64,000 nucleotides of DNA from NCBI GenBank assembly GCA_965207885.1, contig OZ242311.1:3712001-3776000 (forward strand), written 5' to 3'. This DNA is from Candidatus Latescibacterota bacterium (GTDB lineage: Bacteria > Latescibacterota > UBA2968). Under the pieces are notes generated by a model. That model did no database searches and was not told where the DNA came from. It was given only the letters and a program-made list of their open reading frames with translations. Positions 18,421 to 28,444 of this stretch are shown in pieces. Within the stretch, counting starts at the first letter, position 1, and every line of letters begins with the position of its first letter. The position numbers were made by a program, and so were the translations under genes.

Positions 18421-20046
18421 TTAAACTCCTATCGCATAGCCATCGCGTCTCGGATCTGCACCGCCCATCAGCGCGCCCGATTCTGCATCTACCACAATAC
18501 CCTGCGCACCCCCGCAAACGGGTGAATAATCGGGCAACACCTTCACATCGTGCCCACGCGCTTTCAGTGCGCGCCGAATAGACTTCGACACCCGCCCTTC
18601 AATAGACACATTAGTACCTGCACTCTCAATGCGGAACCGGGGTGCTTCAATCGCCGCCTGTATATTCATGCCGTAATCCAGCACATTGGTCAAAAATTGC
18701 ACCGACGTTTGTTGAATACCCCAGCTACCCGGCGTACCCAGAGCAGAAAAAAGCGCGCCATCTCGAAACACCAGCATCGGCGACAAACACATATCCACTT
18801 TTTTGTGAGGCGCAATACAATTTGGGCTATTGGGCACAAGATCGCCCCATCGAATAAAATTGTTCAAAAACATGCCCGTATCGCCCATCATCACCCCCGA
18901 CCCAAAACCCGACCCCAAACTCTGAGTTATAGCCACGGCATTGCCATCACCATCGACCACATCGAAATGTGTCGTGCATTCATTGAGCCAGGCCTTTGGA
19001 TCGCCCGGGTCAACCTCGCCCGGCAACTTCGTCGCCGGATACCACTCGCCCCGATGCACGCCCGCGCGATTTCCAATCAGCTTTCGGCGTTCTTCTGCAT
19101 ACCCCTTCGCCAGCAATCCTTCAACAGGAGCCTGCGGGGCTGCCGCGTATTCGATCCGATCTGCATTGCCCAACTTCACAGCTTCGATGAACAGATGCAA
19201 TGTCTGCTCCGAATGGTGTTCCATCTCAGCCAGATCGTATCCCTCCAGCATATTGAGCGTTTCAAGGATCTGAAATCCCGCACTCGGTGGCGGCGGACAA
19301 AATACCTCATAGCCGTGATAAGTCGTCACCAATGGATCGACCCATTCCGGTTCAAAATCCGCCAAATCGCGCTCGGACAACCAGCCCCCTTCACCCTGAA
19401 TATATTCCGCCATTTCGCGCGCGAGATCTCCGCGATAAAAAACCTCCGCTCCCCCTTCAGCGACCCTTCGAAACGTCCGCGCCAAATCCTTTTGAATTAA
19501 AATCTCCCCCGGCAGAGGTCCGCGCCCACGCGACAGAATAACGTGTTCGGCCCTGTCGTTCATCTTTCCGCCACTGGTCATCGATTGGCTATTCCTCACC
19601 GTCACGGCATACCCGTTCTCCGCCAGATCAATCGCAGGCGCAAATACATCTGCTGGTGTCATCGTGCCATAGCGCTCCAACAATTCCAACCAGCCACCAC
19701 AAGCACCCGGCGTCAAACACGAACGCGGCCCAGCATCTTTATCCGCCGGTCCATCAAACAACTCGGCACGCGCTTGATACGGTGTTCGCCCACAATAATC
19801 CAGCACGCGCCTGTGGTCGTTTTTCGCATCATACACAATCGCATACCCCACCCCCGCAATACCAGACATATAGGGTTCCACAACATTGAGCGCGGCAGCA
19901 ACCGCCACCGCAGCATCAAACGCATTGCCCCCTTCAAGCAACATCCGCGCGCCAGATAGCGCGGCCAGCGGATGTGCGCACGCAACCATCCCGCGCGTAC
20001 CCGTAACCGTTGGTCTATGTGTCACACCATGTGCTGAAAAAGCCAT
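18421..20046 (-). CDS. Gamma-glutamyltransferase family Ntn-hydrolase
   Basis: GGNAFDAAVA, VVEPYMSGI, catalytic Thr in ECTTHFDVVD, GTPGS, GGADPRRDG. Confidence 0.93.
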   Translation of the reverse strand: MAFSAHGVTHRPTVTGTRGMVACAHPLAALSGARMLLEGGNAFDAAVAVAAALNVVEPYMSGIAGVGYAIVYDAKNDHRRVLDYCGRTPYQARAELFDGPADKDAGPRSCLTPGACGGWLELLERYGTMTPADVFAPAIDLAENGYAVTVRNSQSMTSGGKMNDRAEHVILSRGRGPLPGEILIQKDLARTFRRVAEGGAEVFYRGDLAREMAEYIQGEGGWLSERDLADFEPEWVDPLVTTYHGYEVFCPPPPSAGFQILETLNMLEGYDLAEMEHHSEQTLHLFIEAVKLGNADRIEYAAAPQAPVEGLLAKGYAEERRKLIGNRAGVHRGEWYPATKLPGEVDPGDPKAWLNECTTHFDVVDGDGNAVAITQSLGSGFGSGVMMGDTGMFLNNFIRWGDLVPNSPNCIAPHKKVDMCLSPMLVFRDGALFSALGTPGSWGIQQTSVQFLTNVLDYGMNIQAAIEAPRFRIESAGTNVSIEGRVSKSIRRALKARGHDVKVLPDYSPVCGGAQGIVVDAESGALMGGADPRRDGYAIGV

Positions 20047-20240
20047 AACACTGCTCCTGATAGTTTGATTTCACGCCACAATAGGCCGAATTAAGATCGG
20101 TATAATCTACGTCCGAGAAAAAAAATTGGCAACCGTAGAGTCATAGCGATTATTGTTGCAGAATCTATTGCCCCAATCGCCGCACCAACGTATATTGCCC
20201 ATCCACTATCCCATTCATCCATAATCTGGAAAGAAACCTT

Positions 20241-21353
20241 ATGGACCCCGTACAACTCACGCGCGAATTTGTATCCTTCAACTCAACCAGCTATTTGAGC
20301 AACGTAGATTGCTCAAACGCCATGGCAGAAAGTATGCGCAAAGCTGGCCTCGCGGTCGAACGCATCCCCTACACAGACCCCAGCGGCGTTCCCAAACTGA
20401 ACCTCGTCGGAAAAAAAGGAAATGGCACCGGTGGCCTCGCCCTGATGGGACACAACGACGTCGTACCCGCCGAAGGGTGGGCCTGGGACCCCTTTGAAGT
20501 CGTCGAAAAGGGATCCCGAATCTACGGACGCGGCGTAGCCGACATGAAAGGTTCGGTCGCCTGCATGATCGCCACGGCAAGCCGTTTCTCCACCGACGAA
20601 CTCAAACAACCCATCTACGTAGTCGTCACCGGAGATGAAGAAATCAACTGCGGAGGCGCCGATGTCGTCGCCCAAAAATCCGAGGTATTAAAAGAATCCG
20701 ATGTGCGCTACGGCATTATTGGCGAACCGACCCTGCTCGACGTGGTACACGCCCACAAAGGCTCGGTCAAAATCAGCGTCACCGCCACGGGAAAAGCCAC
20801 GCACAGCAGCACGGGAACAGGCATCAACGCCAATCACAAACTCATCCCCTTCCTCAACGATATGCTCGCCATAGACCGCGAACTCAAAACCGACGAAAAA
20901 TACCTCAACAACGCCTTCACACCCCCACACGCCACGCTCAACACCGTCATACACGGGGGGGAACAGGCATCAAACATCACCACACCAGAAAGCGGGGCAA
21001 CACTCAACATGCGCCCTATGCCCGGACAGGATTTCGCGCCCCTGCTCGACAGAATCAGAACACTGGCCGAAGAACGCGAGGTACACGTCGATATCTACGA
21101 CGGCCTCGCTCCGCTCCATACCCCCGTAGAATCTCGCATCGTGCAAGAAGCCCTCTCCGTTGCAAACAAGAGCGAACCCAAAACCGTAGCTTATGGCACC
21201 GATGGCCTGATCTTTGGCAAAACCATGGAACTCGTCGTACTCGGTCCCGGCAATATCCAACAGGCGCACACCATTGACGAATGGATCGAAATCGAACAAC
21301 TCCATCAAGCTGTGGATACCTTCTCGGAAATGGTGCGGCGGTTTTGTAGTTAG
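20241..21353 (+). CDS. M20 family deacetylase (ArgE/DapE-like)
   Basis: GHNDVVP, GRGVADMKG, DEE, GEPT, GPGNIQQAHTIDE. Confidence 0.9.
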   Translation: MDPVQLTREFVSFNSTSYLSNVDCSNAMAESMRKAGLAVERIPYTDPSGVPKLNLVGKKGNGTGGLALMGHNDVVPAEGWAWDPFEVVEKGSRIYGRGVADMKGSVACMIATASRFSTDELKQPIYVVVTGDEEINCGGADVVAQKSEVLKESDVRYGIIGEPTLLDVVHAHKGSVKISVTATGKATHSSTGTGINANHKLIPFLNDMLAIDRELKTDEKYLNNAFTPPHATLNTVIHGGEQASNITTPESGATLNMRPMPGQDFAPLLDRIRTLAEEREVHVDIYDGLAPLHTPVESRIVQEALSVANKSEPKTVAYGTDGLIFGKTMELVVLGPGNIQQAHTIDEWIEIEQLHQAVDTFSEMVRRFCS

Positions 21354-21368
21354 TAATCTCTTCCAAAT

Positions 21369-21408
21369 ATGAAAAAGCCCCGTGATCTCAACCACGGGGC
21401 TTTTTCAT
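21369..21408. terminator. Bidirectional intrinsic terminator
   Basis: ATGAAAAAGCCCCGTG-N8-CACGGGGCTTTTTCAT between convergent genes. Confidence 0.85.
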
Positions 21409-21432
21409 GTGTAAGCGGACTGGCGCGAACCT

Positions 21433-21699
21433 CTATCCACCCGCAATCGACGTCACAAAATGAACCTCGCTATCGGGGGGTATCTGTGTCCGCAGCCCCT
21501 CTTCGGTGACAACGCCATCAATCGCAACAGCCAGTCCAGGTGCAATCCGATAATCCTCGTACACCACCCGATCTTTAATACCGGGAAATTGTGCATCCAG
21601 ATTTTCGATCACCTCTCGCAAGGTATTGCCACCAACAACCACCTTCTCCTGGCCATCGGTCAATTTGCGCATCAGCGAAGGAATCCACACTTCAGGCAT
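21433..21699 (-). CDS. MoaD/ThiS ubiquitin-like sulfur carrier
   Basis: Beta-grasp pattern, C-terminal SIAGG. Confidence 0.9.
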   Translation of the reverse strand: MPEVWIPSLMRKLTDGQEKVVVGGNTLREVIENLDAQFPGIKDRVVYEDYRIAPGLAVAIDGVVTEEGLRTQIPPDSEVHFVTSIAGG

Positions 21700-21726
21700 A
21701 GTCAAACTCCTGTTTCTTTGATCTTC

Positions 21727-24027
21727 TCAGGCCGAGCCGTTTCCACCGTTTTTATCCCACCAGGCTTCCAACACGCGCGGGGGCGACATGGGCAACTCTG
21801 TCAGACGCAGGCCAATAGCATCGTAAATCGCATTGGCAACCGCTGCTGTGGGTGGCACAATCGGCACCTCTCCCACCCCGCGCACACCGTATGGATGCCC
21901 CGGATTGGGAACCTCGACAATATGCGCATCAATCATCGGCAAATCCAAACACGTTGGCATCCGATAATCCAACAAGCTGCTATTCCGCAAAATGCCCTGC
22001 TCATCGTACACATACTCTTCATTGAGTGCCCAACCAATCGCCTGCGCCACGCCGCCCTGCATCTGCCCCTCCACATAAGGCGGATAAATCGCTTTCCCCG
22101 CATCCTGGAAAATCGACGCACGCAAAATATCGACCTTACCCGTATCGGGATCGACCTCCACATCCACAATCGCCACCGCATAAGCACCCCCAACACCTGT
22201 GGGTTTTGCCGTGGCGCGTCCCATCACCGGCCCGCCCGTTGAATCGAGCTTGGCCGCCAGATCTTTAAACGTAATCGACTTCGACGGATCGGACTTCGAG
22301 CGGAACACAGCCTGATCGAACTCGACATCGTCCTCAGAAATCTCCCACAAAATCGCCGCACGCGCCATCATCTGTTCTTTGATATCTTGCGCGCACTTGT
22401 AGGCCGCCCAACCCGTCGCAAATGTCGTGCGCGAACCACCCGTCACACCCGTATAGCCAATCGAATCCGTATCGCCCACCTGTGGACGAATCTCCTGCTC
22501 TGAAATACCCAGCACCTCGGCCATCTGCATCGCAACCGATGTGCGCGTGCCCCCAATATCTGTCGAACCCTCCACCAGATTGATCGTGCCATCGTCATTC
22601 ACACTCGCAGCCGCACTCGAAACACCGCCCCCATTGCCCCAGAAACCAGACGCCACACCGCGACCGCGATATTTTCCATTAATTGCAGTCTGATAGTGGT
22701 CAGAAGAGACCGCAGCGCGAACGCACTCCTCGTGCCCAATGCGCTTATTCACAGGCCCATCTGCGCGGCGCGTGCCTTCTTTTGCAGAATTGCTCAACCG
22801 AAATTCCAGCGGATCGGCCCCCAATTTTTCGGCGAGTTCATCCACCACAGTTTCAACGGCAAAAGCCGCATTCGTCGTGCCCGGCGCGCGATAAGCCGAA
22901 GAGGAGGGCTTGTTGTTCACCACATCATAACCATCCACCAGAACATGCGGGATAATATAAGGCGCCAGCATATTGCGCGCGCCCGCGCCCACGGGACTGC
23001 CAGAAAAAGCCCCCGCCTCATAGACCAGTTCGCTCTCGGCAGCGACGAGCTTGCCGTCATTGGTCGCGCCCATCTTCACCCGGATCCACGAACCCGACGT
23101 CGGGCCAGTCGCCTGCAAGACCTCAGTGCGGGTCATAATCATTTTCACCGGATGCCCGGTCTTTCTCGACAACAGCGCGGCAATCGGTTCCAAATACGCT
23201 TTGATCTTCCCGCCAAATCCCCCGCCAATCTCCAGGGGCACAACCTTAATTTGCGACACGGGGATGCCCAAAATTCTCGCAGTCTGATCCCGCACGCCAA
23301 ACGCACCTTGATTGCTGCACCAGATCGTCACCACGCCATCGGCATTCCACAACACCGTGGCATTTTGCGGTTCGATATAGCCCTGATGCACCATATCCGT
23401 GAGAAACTCGCGCTCCACAATCACATCGGCTTCGTCAAATCCCTGCTCGATATCGCCCAATTCCGTGCGAAAATGCGACGCCACATTGCTAAAATTCTCG
23501 CTCCTCTCGCCCATCGAATTGGTTCTCTGGTCTTCATGTACCAGAGGGGCATCATCCTTCATCGCCTCCCGCACATCCAGCACATGGGGCAGCACCTCGT
23601 ACTCTACCTCAATCAAATCCAGCGCTTCTTCGGCAATATGGACATTGGTCGCTGCCACCGCCGCCACGGGATACCCCTGATAGAGCACCTTCTCGCGTGC
23701 CAACACTGCCGCACACATATCTTTAACGCGCACCACCTCTTCGCCTAAATCGGCCAACTGCTCCTCGGCATTGAGCGCCAAATCCTGCCCCGTAACAACC
23801 GCGCGCACGCCTTCGAGCGCTTCGGCCTTGCTCGTATCAATCGACTTAATCCGAGCGTGCGCATGCGGGCTTCGCAAAACTCTGGCATGCAACATATCGG
23901 GCAAATTGAGGTCCGTACCGTAAATCGCCCTGCCCGTCACCTTATCTGCGCCATCGTGCCGCACGGGCCGCGTCCCCACGACCTTATAATCCGTAATACC
24001 CAAATAATCTTCCTGTGGAATCGCCAT
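21727..24027 (-). CDS. Xanthine dehydrogenase-family molybdopterin-binding large subunit
   Basis: KVTGRAIY, RSPHAHARI, GGGFGGK, AYRAPG, EGQMQGG, GVGEVP. Confidence 0.92.
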   Translation of the reverse strand: MAIPQEDYLGITDYKVVGTRPVRHDGADKVTGRAIYGTDLNLPDMLHARVLRSPHAHARIKSIDTSKAEALEGVRAVVTGQDLALNAEEQLADLGEEVVRVKDMCAAVLAREKVLYQGYPVAAVAATNVHIAEEALDLIEVEYEVLPHVLDVREAMKDDAPLVHEDQRTNSMGERSENFSNVASHFRTELGDIEQGFDEADVIVEREFLTDMVHQGYIEPQNATVLWNADGVVTIWCSNQGAFGVRDQTARILGIPVSQIKVVPLEIGGGFGGKIKAYLEPIAALLSRKTGHPVKMIMTRTEVLQATGPTSGSWIRVKMGATNDGKLVAAESELVYEAGAFSGSPVGAGARNMLAPYIIPHVLVDGYDVVNNKPSSSAYRAPGTTNAAFAVETVVDELAEKLGADPLEFRLSNSAKEGTRRADGPVNKRIGHEECVRAAVSSDHYQTAINGKYRGRGVASGFWGNGGGVSSAAASVNDDGTINLVEGSTDIGGTRTSVAMQMAEVLGISEQEIRPQVGDTDSIGYTGVTGGSRTTFATGWAAYKCAQDIKEQMMARAAILWEISEDDVEFDQAVFRSKSDPSKSITFKDLAAKLDSTGGPVMGRATAKPTGVGGAYAVAIVDVEVDPDTGKVDILRASIFQDAGKAIYPPYVEGQMQGGVAQAIGWALNEEYVYDEQGILRNSSLLDYRMPTCLDLPMIDAHIVEVPNPGHPYGVRGVGEVPIVPPTAAVANAIYDAIGLRLTELPMSPPRVLEAWWDKNGGNGSA

Positions 24028-24109
24028 TTATTCCTCCTGTAATAATAAAATTGCGGTCCTGATCAACTATAAAAAATAATGCAGACCGCGCACCCTGTCC
24101 AGTTTTTAA

Positions 24110-25009
24110 TCAAGCATCGCTGATCTTGATACCCGACAGGGTCTCGATGGTCTTTGTCACGGCTGAAAAATCGAGTGCACCAGCACCCAGGCTACTGGCG
24201 GCCGCATACATCTGATAAGCCACAGCCCCCAGCGGCACGGGCACATTCATTGCGCGGCCCATCTCCACGCCGATACCGATATCCTTCTTCATCAAATCGA
24301 GCATAAACCCCGGCGCGTACTCATCCTGGAACACAAAATCAGCAACACGCGCCTGAAAAGCCGATGAATTACCCGAACTCACGCTAATCACCTGCCGCAT
24401 CACCTCGGGATCAGCACCTGCTTTAACGCCCAATGTAAGCCCCTCTGCAATCGCTGCCATGGTAATACCACCGAGCAACTGATTCACAATTTTAACCGTT
24501 TGCCCCACGCCAACATCCTCCACATGAAAAATATTCTCGCTATTGCCCATCGCGTCAAAAATCCCCTTACAGCGATCAAAATCGGCCTTTGCCCCACCCG
24601 CAATAATAGTCAGCGTACCGTTAATCGCCCCAATATCGCCACCACTTACCGGTGCATCCATCACGCGAACCCCTTTTTGCGATGCCTGTTCCGCCACATC
24701 CTGAATCGTCAACGGCGAAATCGTACTCATATCCACAATGAGATCGCCTTCAGATGCCCCGGCCAAAACCCCCTGATCGCCCAGGATGACCTCGCGCACC
24801 TCGGGATCAGCCGTCACAATCGTAATAATAATATCCGTTGCCTTGCCCACCGCCTGTGACGAAGACACATAAGTCGCCCCCGCGCCCTCCATCTCGGCCA
24901 CAATCTCATCTCGCCGAGCATAAAATGTCACATCAAAACCCGCCTTCAATAGATTGTGGCACATAGGCTTGCCCATAATTCCCAAACCGACAAATCCAAT
25001 CTTGTCCAT
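24110..25009 (-). CDS. Beta-hydroxyacid dehydrogenase (2-hydroxy-3-oxopropionate reductase/HIBADH family)
   Basis: IGFVGLGIMG, DMSTISP, DAPVSGG, K..NQ, KD; start reset to ATG 25009. Confidence 0.92.
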   Translation of the reverse strand: MDKIGFVGLGIMGKPMCHNLLKAGFDVTFYARRDEIVAEMEGAGATYVSSSQAVGKATDIIITIVTADPEVREVILGDQGVLAGASEGDLIVDMSTISPLTIQDVAEQASQKGVRVMDAPVSGGDIGAINGTLTIIAGGAKADFDRCKGIFDAMGNSENIFHVEDVGVGQTVKIVNQLLGGITMAAIAEGLTLGVKAGADPEVMRQVISVSSGNSSAFQARVADFVFQDEYAPGFMLDLMKKDIGIGVEMGRAMNVPVPLGAVAYQMYAAASSLGAGALDFSAVTKTIETLSGIKISDA

Positions 25010-25113
25010 CTTGCTACTCCTTCCCTGGTAAAACATCTATTTGTCTTTGACAACTGAAATACTTCAATATAATATAACCACAACCTACCCTATCATCCAA
25101 TAAAGAGCCAACC

Positions 25114-26661
25114 ATGAACACAAAAACCTCCTCCGACCCTTTACTCGTCGGCATCGACATTGGAACCACCAACATCAAAGCCTTGATCTTTGATCCTCGA
25201 GGTCGCGAAATCGCCCGCGCACAGGCCAAAACGCCCACGCATCATCCACAGCCAGAATGGGCGTATTACAAACCCGATGAACTCTGGAAAACCGTGAGCA
25301 ACGTCCTGAAAGATACTGTTGCACAAATCGACAACCCCGCCAACATCGCGGGCATAGCCACCGCGAGCATTGGAGAAACAGGCGTCCCAATCGACAGGAG
25401 CGGAAATCCAACCGGTCATGCAATTGCGTGGTTTGACCAGCGCACCCGCCCGCAATGCGAGCAATTGCAAAAAATCTTTGATAGAGACGAACTCTTCTCG
25501 CTTACAGGGCTTCCACTACAACCCATTTCCAGCCTGTGCAAAATCCTCTGGATACGCGAACATCAGCCCGAAGCCTTTGCGCGAACCGCCACCTGGCTCA
25601 ACACTGCCGATTATATTGCCTTCCGTTTATCGGGCATACCCGCCACCGACTATTCGCTCGCCTCTCGCACCCTTGCTTTTGACCTCCACAGGCGGCAATG
25701 GGCGAACGACCTCCTCAGCGAAGTCCGTCTTTCGCCAAATCTCTTCGCACCACTTTGCAATGCCGGAACAGACCTGGGCACCATCCTTCCCGACATCGCA
25801 CGCGAAATTGGCTTGCCCCTGCACACGCGAATATGTACTGGTGGACACGACCATATTTGCGGCGCACTTGCCGTCGGCGTTACAGAACCGGGAACAATGC
25901 TCAATTCTCTGGGCACCGCAGAAGCCATGTGCCTGCCCATTTCTCAGCCGCTTACAGACCCGCAAATAGGCCGCCAAAACTTCACCATAGGCGCGCACGT
26001 CGCACCCGACCAATATTACTTCCTCGGCGGATTGTTTACAAGCGGTGCGAGCATCGAGTGGTTCCGCAGTTTATTTGGCGAAGACGCAGATTATACCACC
26101 CTAATTTCCGAAGCGAGCGAATCGCCCCCCGGTAGTCTGGGTGTTGGCTTTCTCCCACAACTGCGCTTTACCAACCCGCCCCATGCAGAAGCCATAGCAC
26201 GCGGAACATTTATTGGCCTGACCCCCGATGTCAACCGAGGGACGCTCTTTCGCGCAATCCTCGAAGGTCTATCTCTGGAAATGCGCCATATTATCGACGC
26301 GTCCAAATCTCATCCCGGCGTGCCCGAAACAAAAAATATTGTCGCAATCGGCGGAGGTATCCGCAACCAACTCCTCATGCAAATCAAAGCCACTGTACTG
26401 AACCAGCCCATCGCCCTCGCTGAAATGGATGAAGCAACAGCCCTGGGCGCGGCAGTACTCGCGGGATTGGGCACAGGTGTTTACGCGGACATCACCGATG
26501 CCCTGCACACGCTCGATATCCCCCTGCAGACCATTCACCCCATACCTGAACAGGTCGTCCATTACAACAGAATTTACAACCGCGTACACAAACAAATTTA
26601 TCCGGCAGTACAAGATCTCCACCACCAGATAGATCAGATCCAGATAACAACGGTCAGATAG
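25114..26661 (+). CDS. FGGY carbohydrate kinase (xylulo-/fuculokinase-like)
   Basis: GIDIGTTNIK, AWFDQRT, GGHDH, SLGTAE, RAILEG, EATALGAA. Confidence 0.92.
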   Translation: MNTKTSSDPLLVGIDIGTTNIKALIFDPRGREIARAQAKTPTHHPQPEWAYYKPDELWKTVSNVLKDTVAQIDNPANIAGIATASIGETGVPIDRSGNPTGHAIAWFDQRTRPQCEQLQKIFDRDELFSLTGLPLQPISSLCKILWIREHQPEAFARTATWLNTADYIAFRLSGIPATDYSLASRTLAFDLHRRQWANDLLSEVRLSPNLFAPLCNAGTDLGTILPDIAREIGLPLHTRICTGGHDHICGALAVGVTEPGTMLNSLGTAEAMCLPISQPLTDPQIGRQNFTIGAHVAPDQYYFLGGLFTSGASIEWFRSLFGEDADYTTLISEASESPPGSLGVGFLPQLRFTNPPHAEAIARGTFIGLTPDVNRGTLFRAILEGLSLEMRHIIDASKSHPGVPETKNIVAIGGGIRNQLLMQIKATVLNQPIALAEMDEATALGAAVLAGLGTGVYADITDALHTLDIPLQTIHPIPEQVVHYNRIYNRVHKQIYPAVQDLHHQIDQIQITTVR

Positions 26662-28444
26662 CCTTATCTTTGCCAATCTCCATATTCCGAAATTGCAAAT
26701 CGCACAACTCGCGATAAAGCCCACCCCTGGCAAACAAAGCCTCATGAGTTCCGCACTGCGCGATCTCCCCTTGATCCAGCACCAGAATGCAATCCGCATG
26801 TTGTACTGTTGACAACCGATGTGCAATAATAAATGTCGTGCGCCCCGCCATCAACCGTTCCAATGCCTGCTGCACCTGCGCCTCTGAAGCCGAATCCAGC
26901 GATGAAGTCGCTTCATCCAGCAACAAAATACGTGCATCTCTCAACAGAGCACGCGCAATTGCAACCCTCTGCCGTTGTCCCCCACTCAATTTCACGCCCT
27001 TTTCCCCAACCAACGCGCCGTACCCCTCCGGCAATTCCACAATAAAATCGTGGGCATTCGCATCTCGCGCCGCCTGCTCAACCTCTTCATCCGCCGCATC
27101 CAATCGCCCATATCGGATATTTTCGCCAATGGAAGTCCCGAACAAATCCACATCCTGTGATACCAGCGCGATCTGTTCGCGCAGCGATACAATCTGCACA
27201 TCGCGCACATCCACCCCATCCACACGCACAACCCCAGAGGTCGCATCGTAAAATCTCGGAATCAGATTCATCAGCGTCGTCTTACCCGCGCCGCTCGCTC
27301 CCACAAGCGCTATTGTTTGCCCTGGCAGGGTCTCAAATGAAACCCCCTTGATTACCGATCGGTCGGACTCGTATCCAAACCAAACATCTTCAAACGCCAC
27401 GGCACCGCGAACATCTGCAAGCGGAAACGCACCCTCGCCATCGGCAATCTCCGGTCGCGTCTCCAGCAACTCAAAAATGTGTTCTGACGCACCCACAGCA
27501 GAATTTAAGGACGCATAAAGACGCGAAATCCCCATCACGGATCGGGCAATATTCATCGCGTAAAAAATAAACGCCACCAAATCGCCCGCCGACAAACGCC
27601 CGGCCAGCACCTCTGTGCCTCCGTACCAGAAAATCACCACCAGTGCCAGCATAAAAAGAAATGCGATACAAGCCGAAAAAACCGCCTCCATAATCACGCG
27701 ATAGCGCGACGTGCGAAACAAATCTTCGTTTGCCTTGCCAAACCGATTCACCTCAAAAACTTCGCGTGCAAACGCCTTAACAACCCGCACAGCCGACAGG
27801 GCTTCTTCGGCAATCGCAGTCGTATCGCCCAACCGATCCTGCACCGTGCGAGACAACTCGCGGATGCGCTGTCCAAAATAGCGCGCCCCAACAGCAGCAA
27901 CTGGCGCGGCGGCAAACACTACCAGACTCAATCGCCAATTGAGAGCAACCATAGCCGCCACAGAGCCAACAGTCATAATCCCCGTCATCAAAACCTGCGA
28001 AATAGCCCCCGTCGCGGCATTTCTGATAGCCCCCACATCATTGGTCAAACGCGACATGAGTTCGCCCAACCTGTGATCGGCATAAAAGCGAAGCCCCAAA
28101 AGGTGCAAATGCGCGTAAACCTTCTTTCGCAGATCTGTCACCACGCGCTCACCCACCCAGGAAATCCAGTAATGGCTGCCAACGTGCAATAGCGACTGAA
28201 GCACAAACAGCACCAGCATGCCAAGCGCCAGCAAATCCAACTGGTGTCGATCGCCCTGCTCGAACACAGAATCCAAAAGCGACCGCAAGCCCAGCGGAAT
28301 CATCAGCCACACACCTGAGGAAAACGCGGTAAATACCAGCCCCAGAACGAGCCGCAACAAGTATGGCCGGGCAAAAGCAAAAATTCGCTTCCACGCCAGC
28401 CACAATGCCACAGGGGAATATGTCTGGTCGTTTTTTTCAGCCAT
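26654..28444 (-). CDS. ABC exporter, fused TMD+NBD (MsbA-like)
   Basis: 6 TM segments; GASGAGKTT, LSGGQRQR, LLDEATSSLD, IAHRLST. Confidence 0.93.
   Translation of the reverse strand: MAEKNDQTYSPVALWLAWKRIFAFARPYLLRLVLGLVFTAFSSGVWLMIPLGLRSLLDSVFEQGDRHQLDLLALGMLVLFVLQSLLHVGSHYWISWVGERVVTDLRKKVYAHLHLLGLRFYADHRLGELMSRLTNDVGAIRNAATGAISQVLMTGIMTVGSVAAMVALNWRLSLVVFAAAPVAAVGARYFGQRIRELSRTVQDRLGDTTAIAEEALSAVRVVKAFAREVFEVNRFGKANEDLFRTSRYRVIMEAVFSACIAFLFMLALVVIFWYGGTEVLAGRLSAGDLVAFIFYAMNIARSVMGISRLYASLNSAVGASEHIFELLETRPEIADGEGAFPLADVRGAVAFEDVWFGYESDRSVIKGVSFETLPGQTIALVGASGAGKTTLMNLIPRFYDATSGVVRVDGVDVRDVQIVSLREQIALVSQDVDLFGTSIGENIRYGRLDAADEEVEQAARDANAHDFIVELPEGYGALVGEKGVKLSGGQRQRVAIARALLRDARILLLDEATSSLDSASEAQVQQALERLMAGRTTFIIAHRLSTVQHADCILVLDQGEIAQCGTHEALFARGGLYRELCDLQFRNMEIGKDKAI

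Noticed and set aside
18395-18517. Long upstream starts in the ORF track (also 7501, 8685, 15498, 33393, 47520, 49931, 50773)
   Set aside because: They overlap neighbouring genes or promoters; downstream starts fit RBS or homology better.
21727-24027. Aerobic CO dehydrogenase CoxL
   Set aside because: The active-site loop is AYRAPG, not AYxCSFR (form I) or AYRGAGR (form II); no other cox genes.
26654-26661. 8-bp convergent overlap of the FGGY kinase and ABC exporter genes
   Set aside because: Short 3' overlaps are common in compact genomes; nothing else suggests a function.
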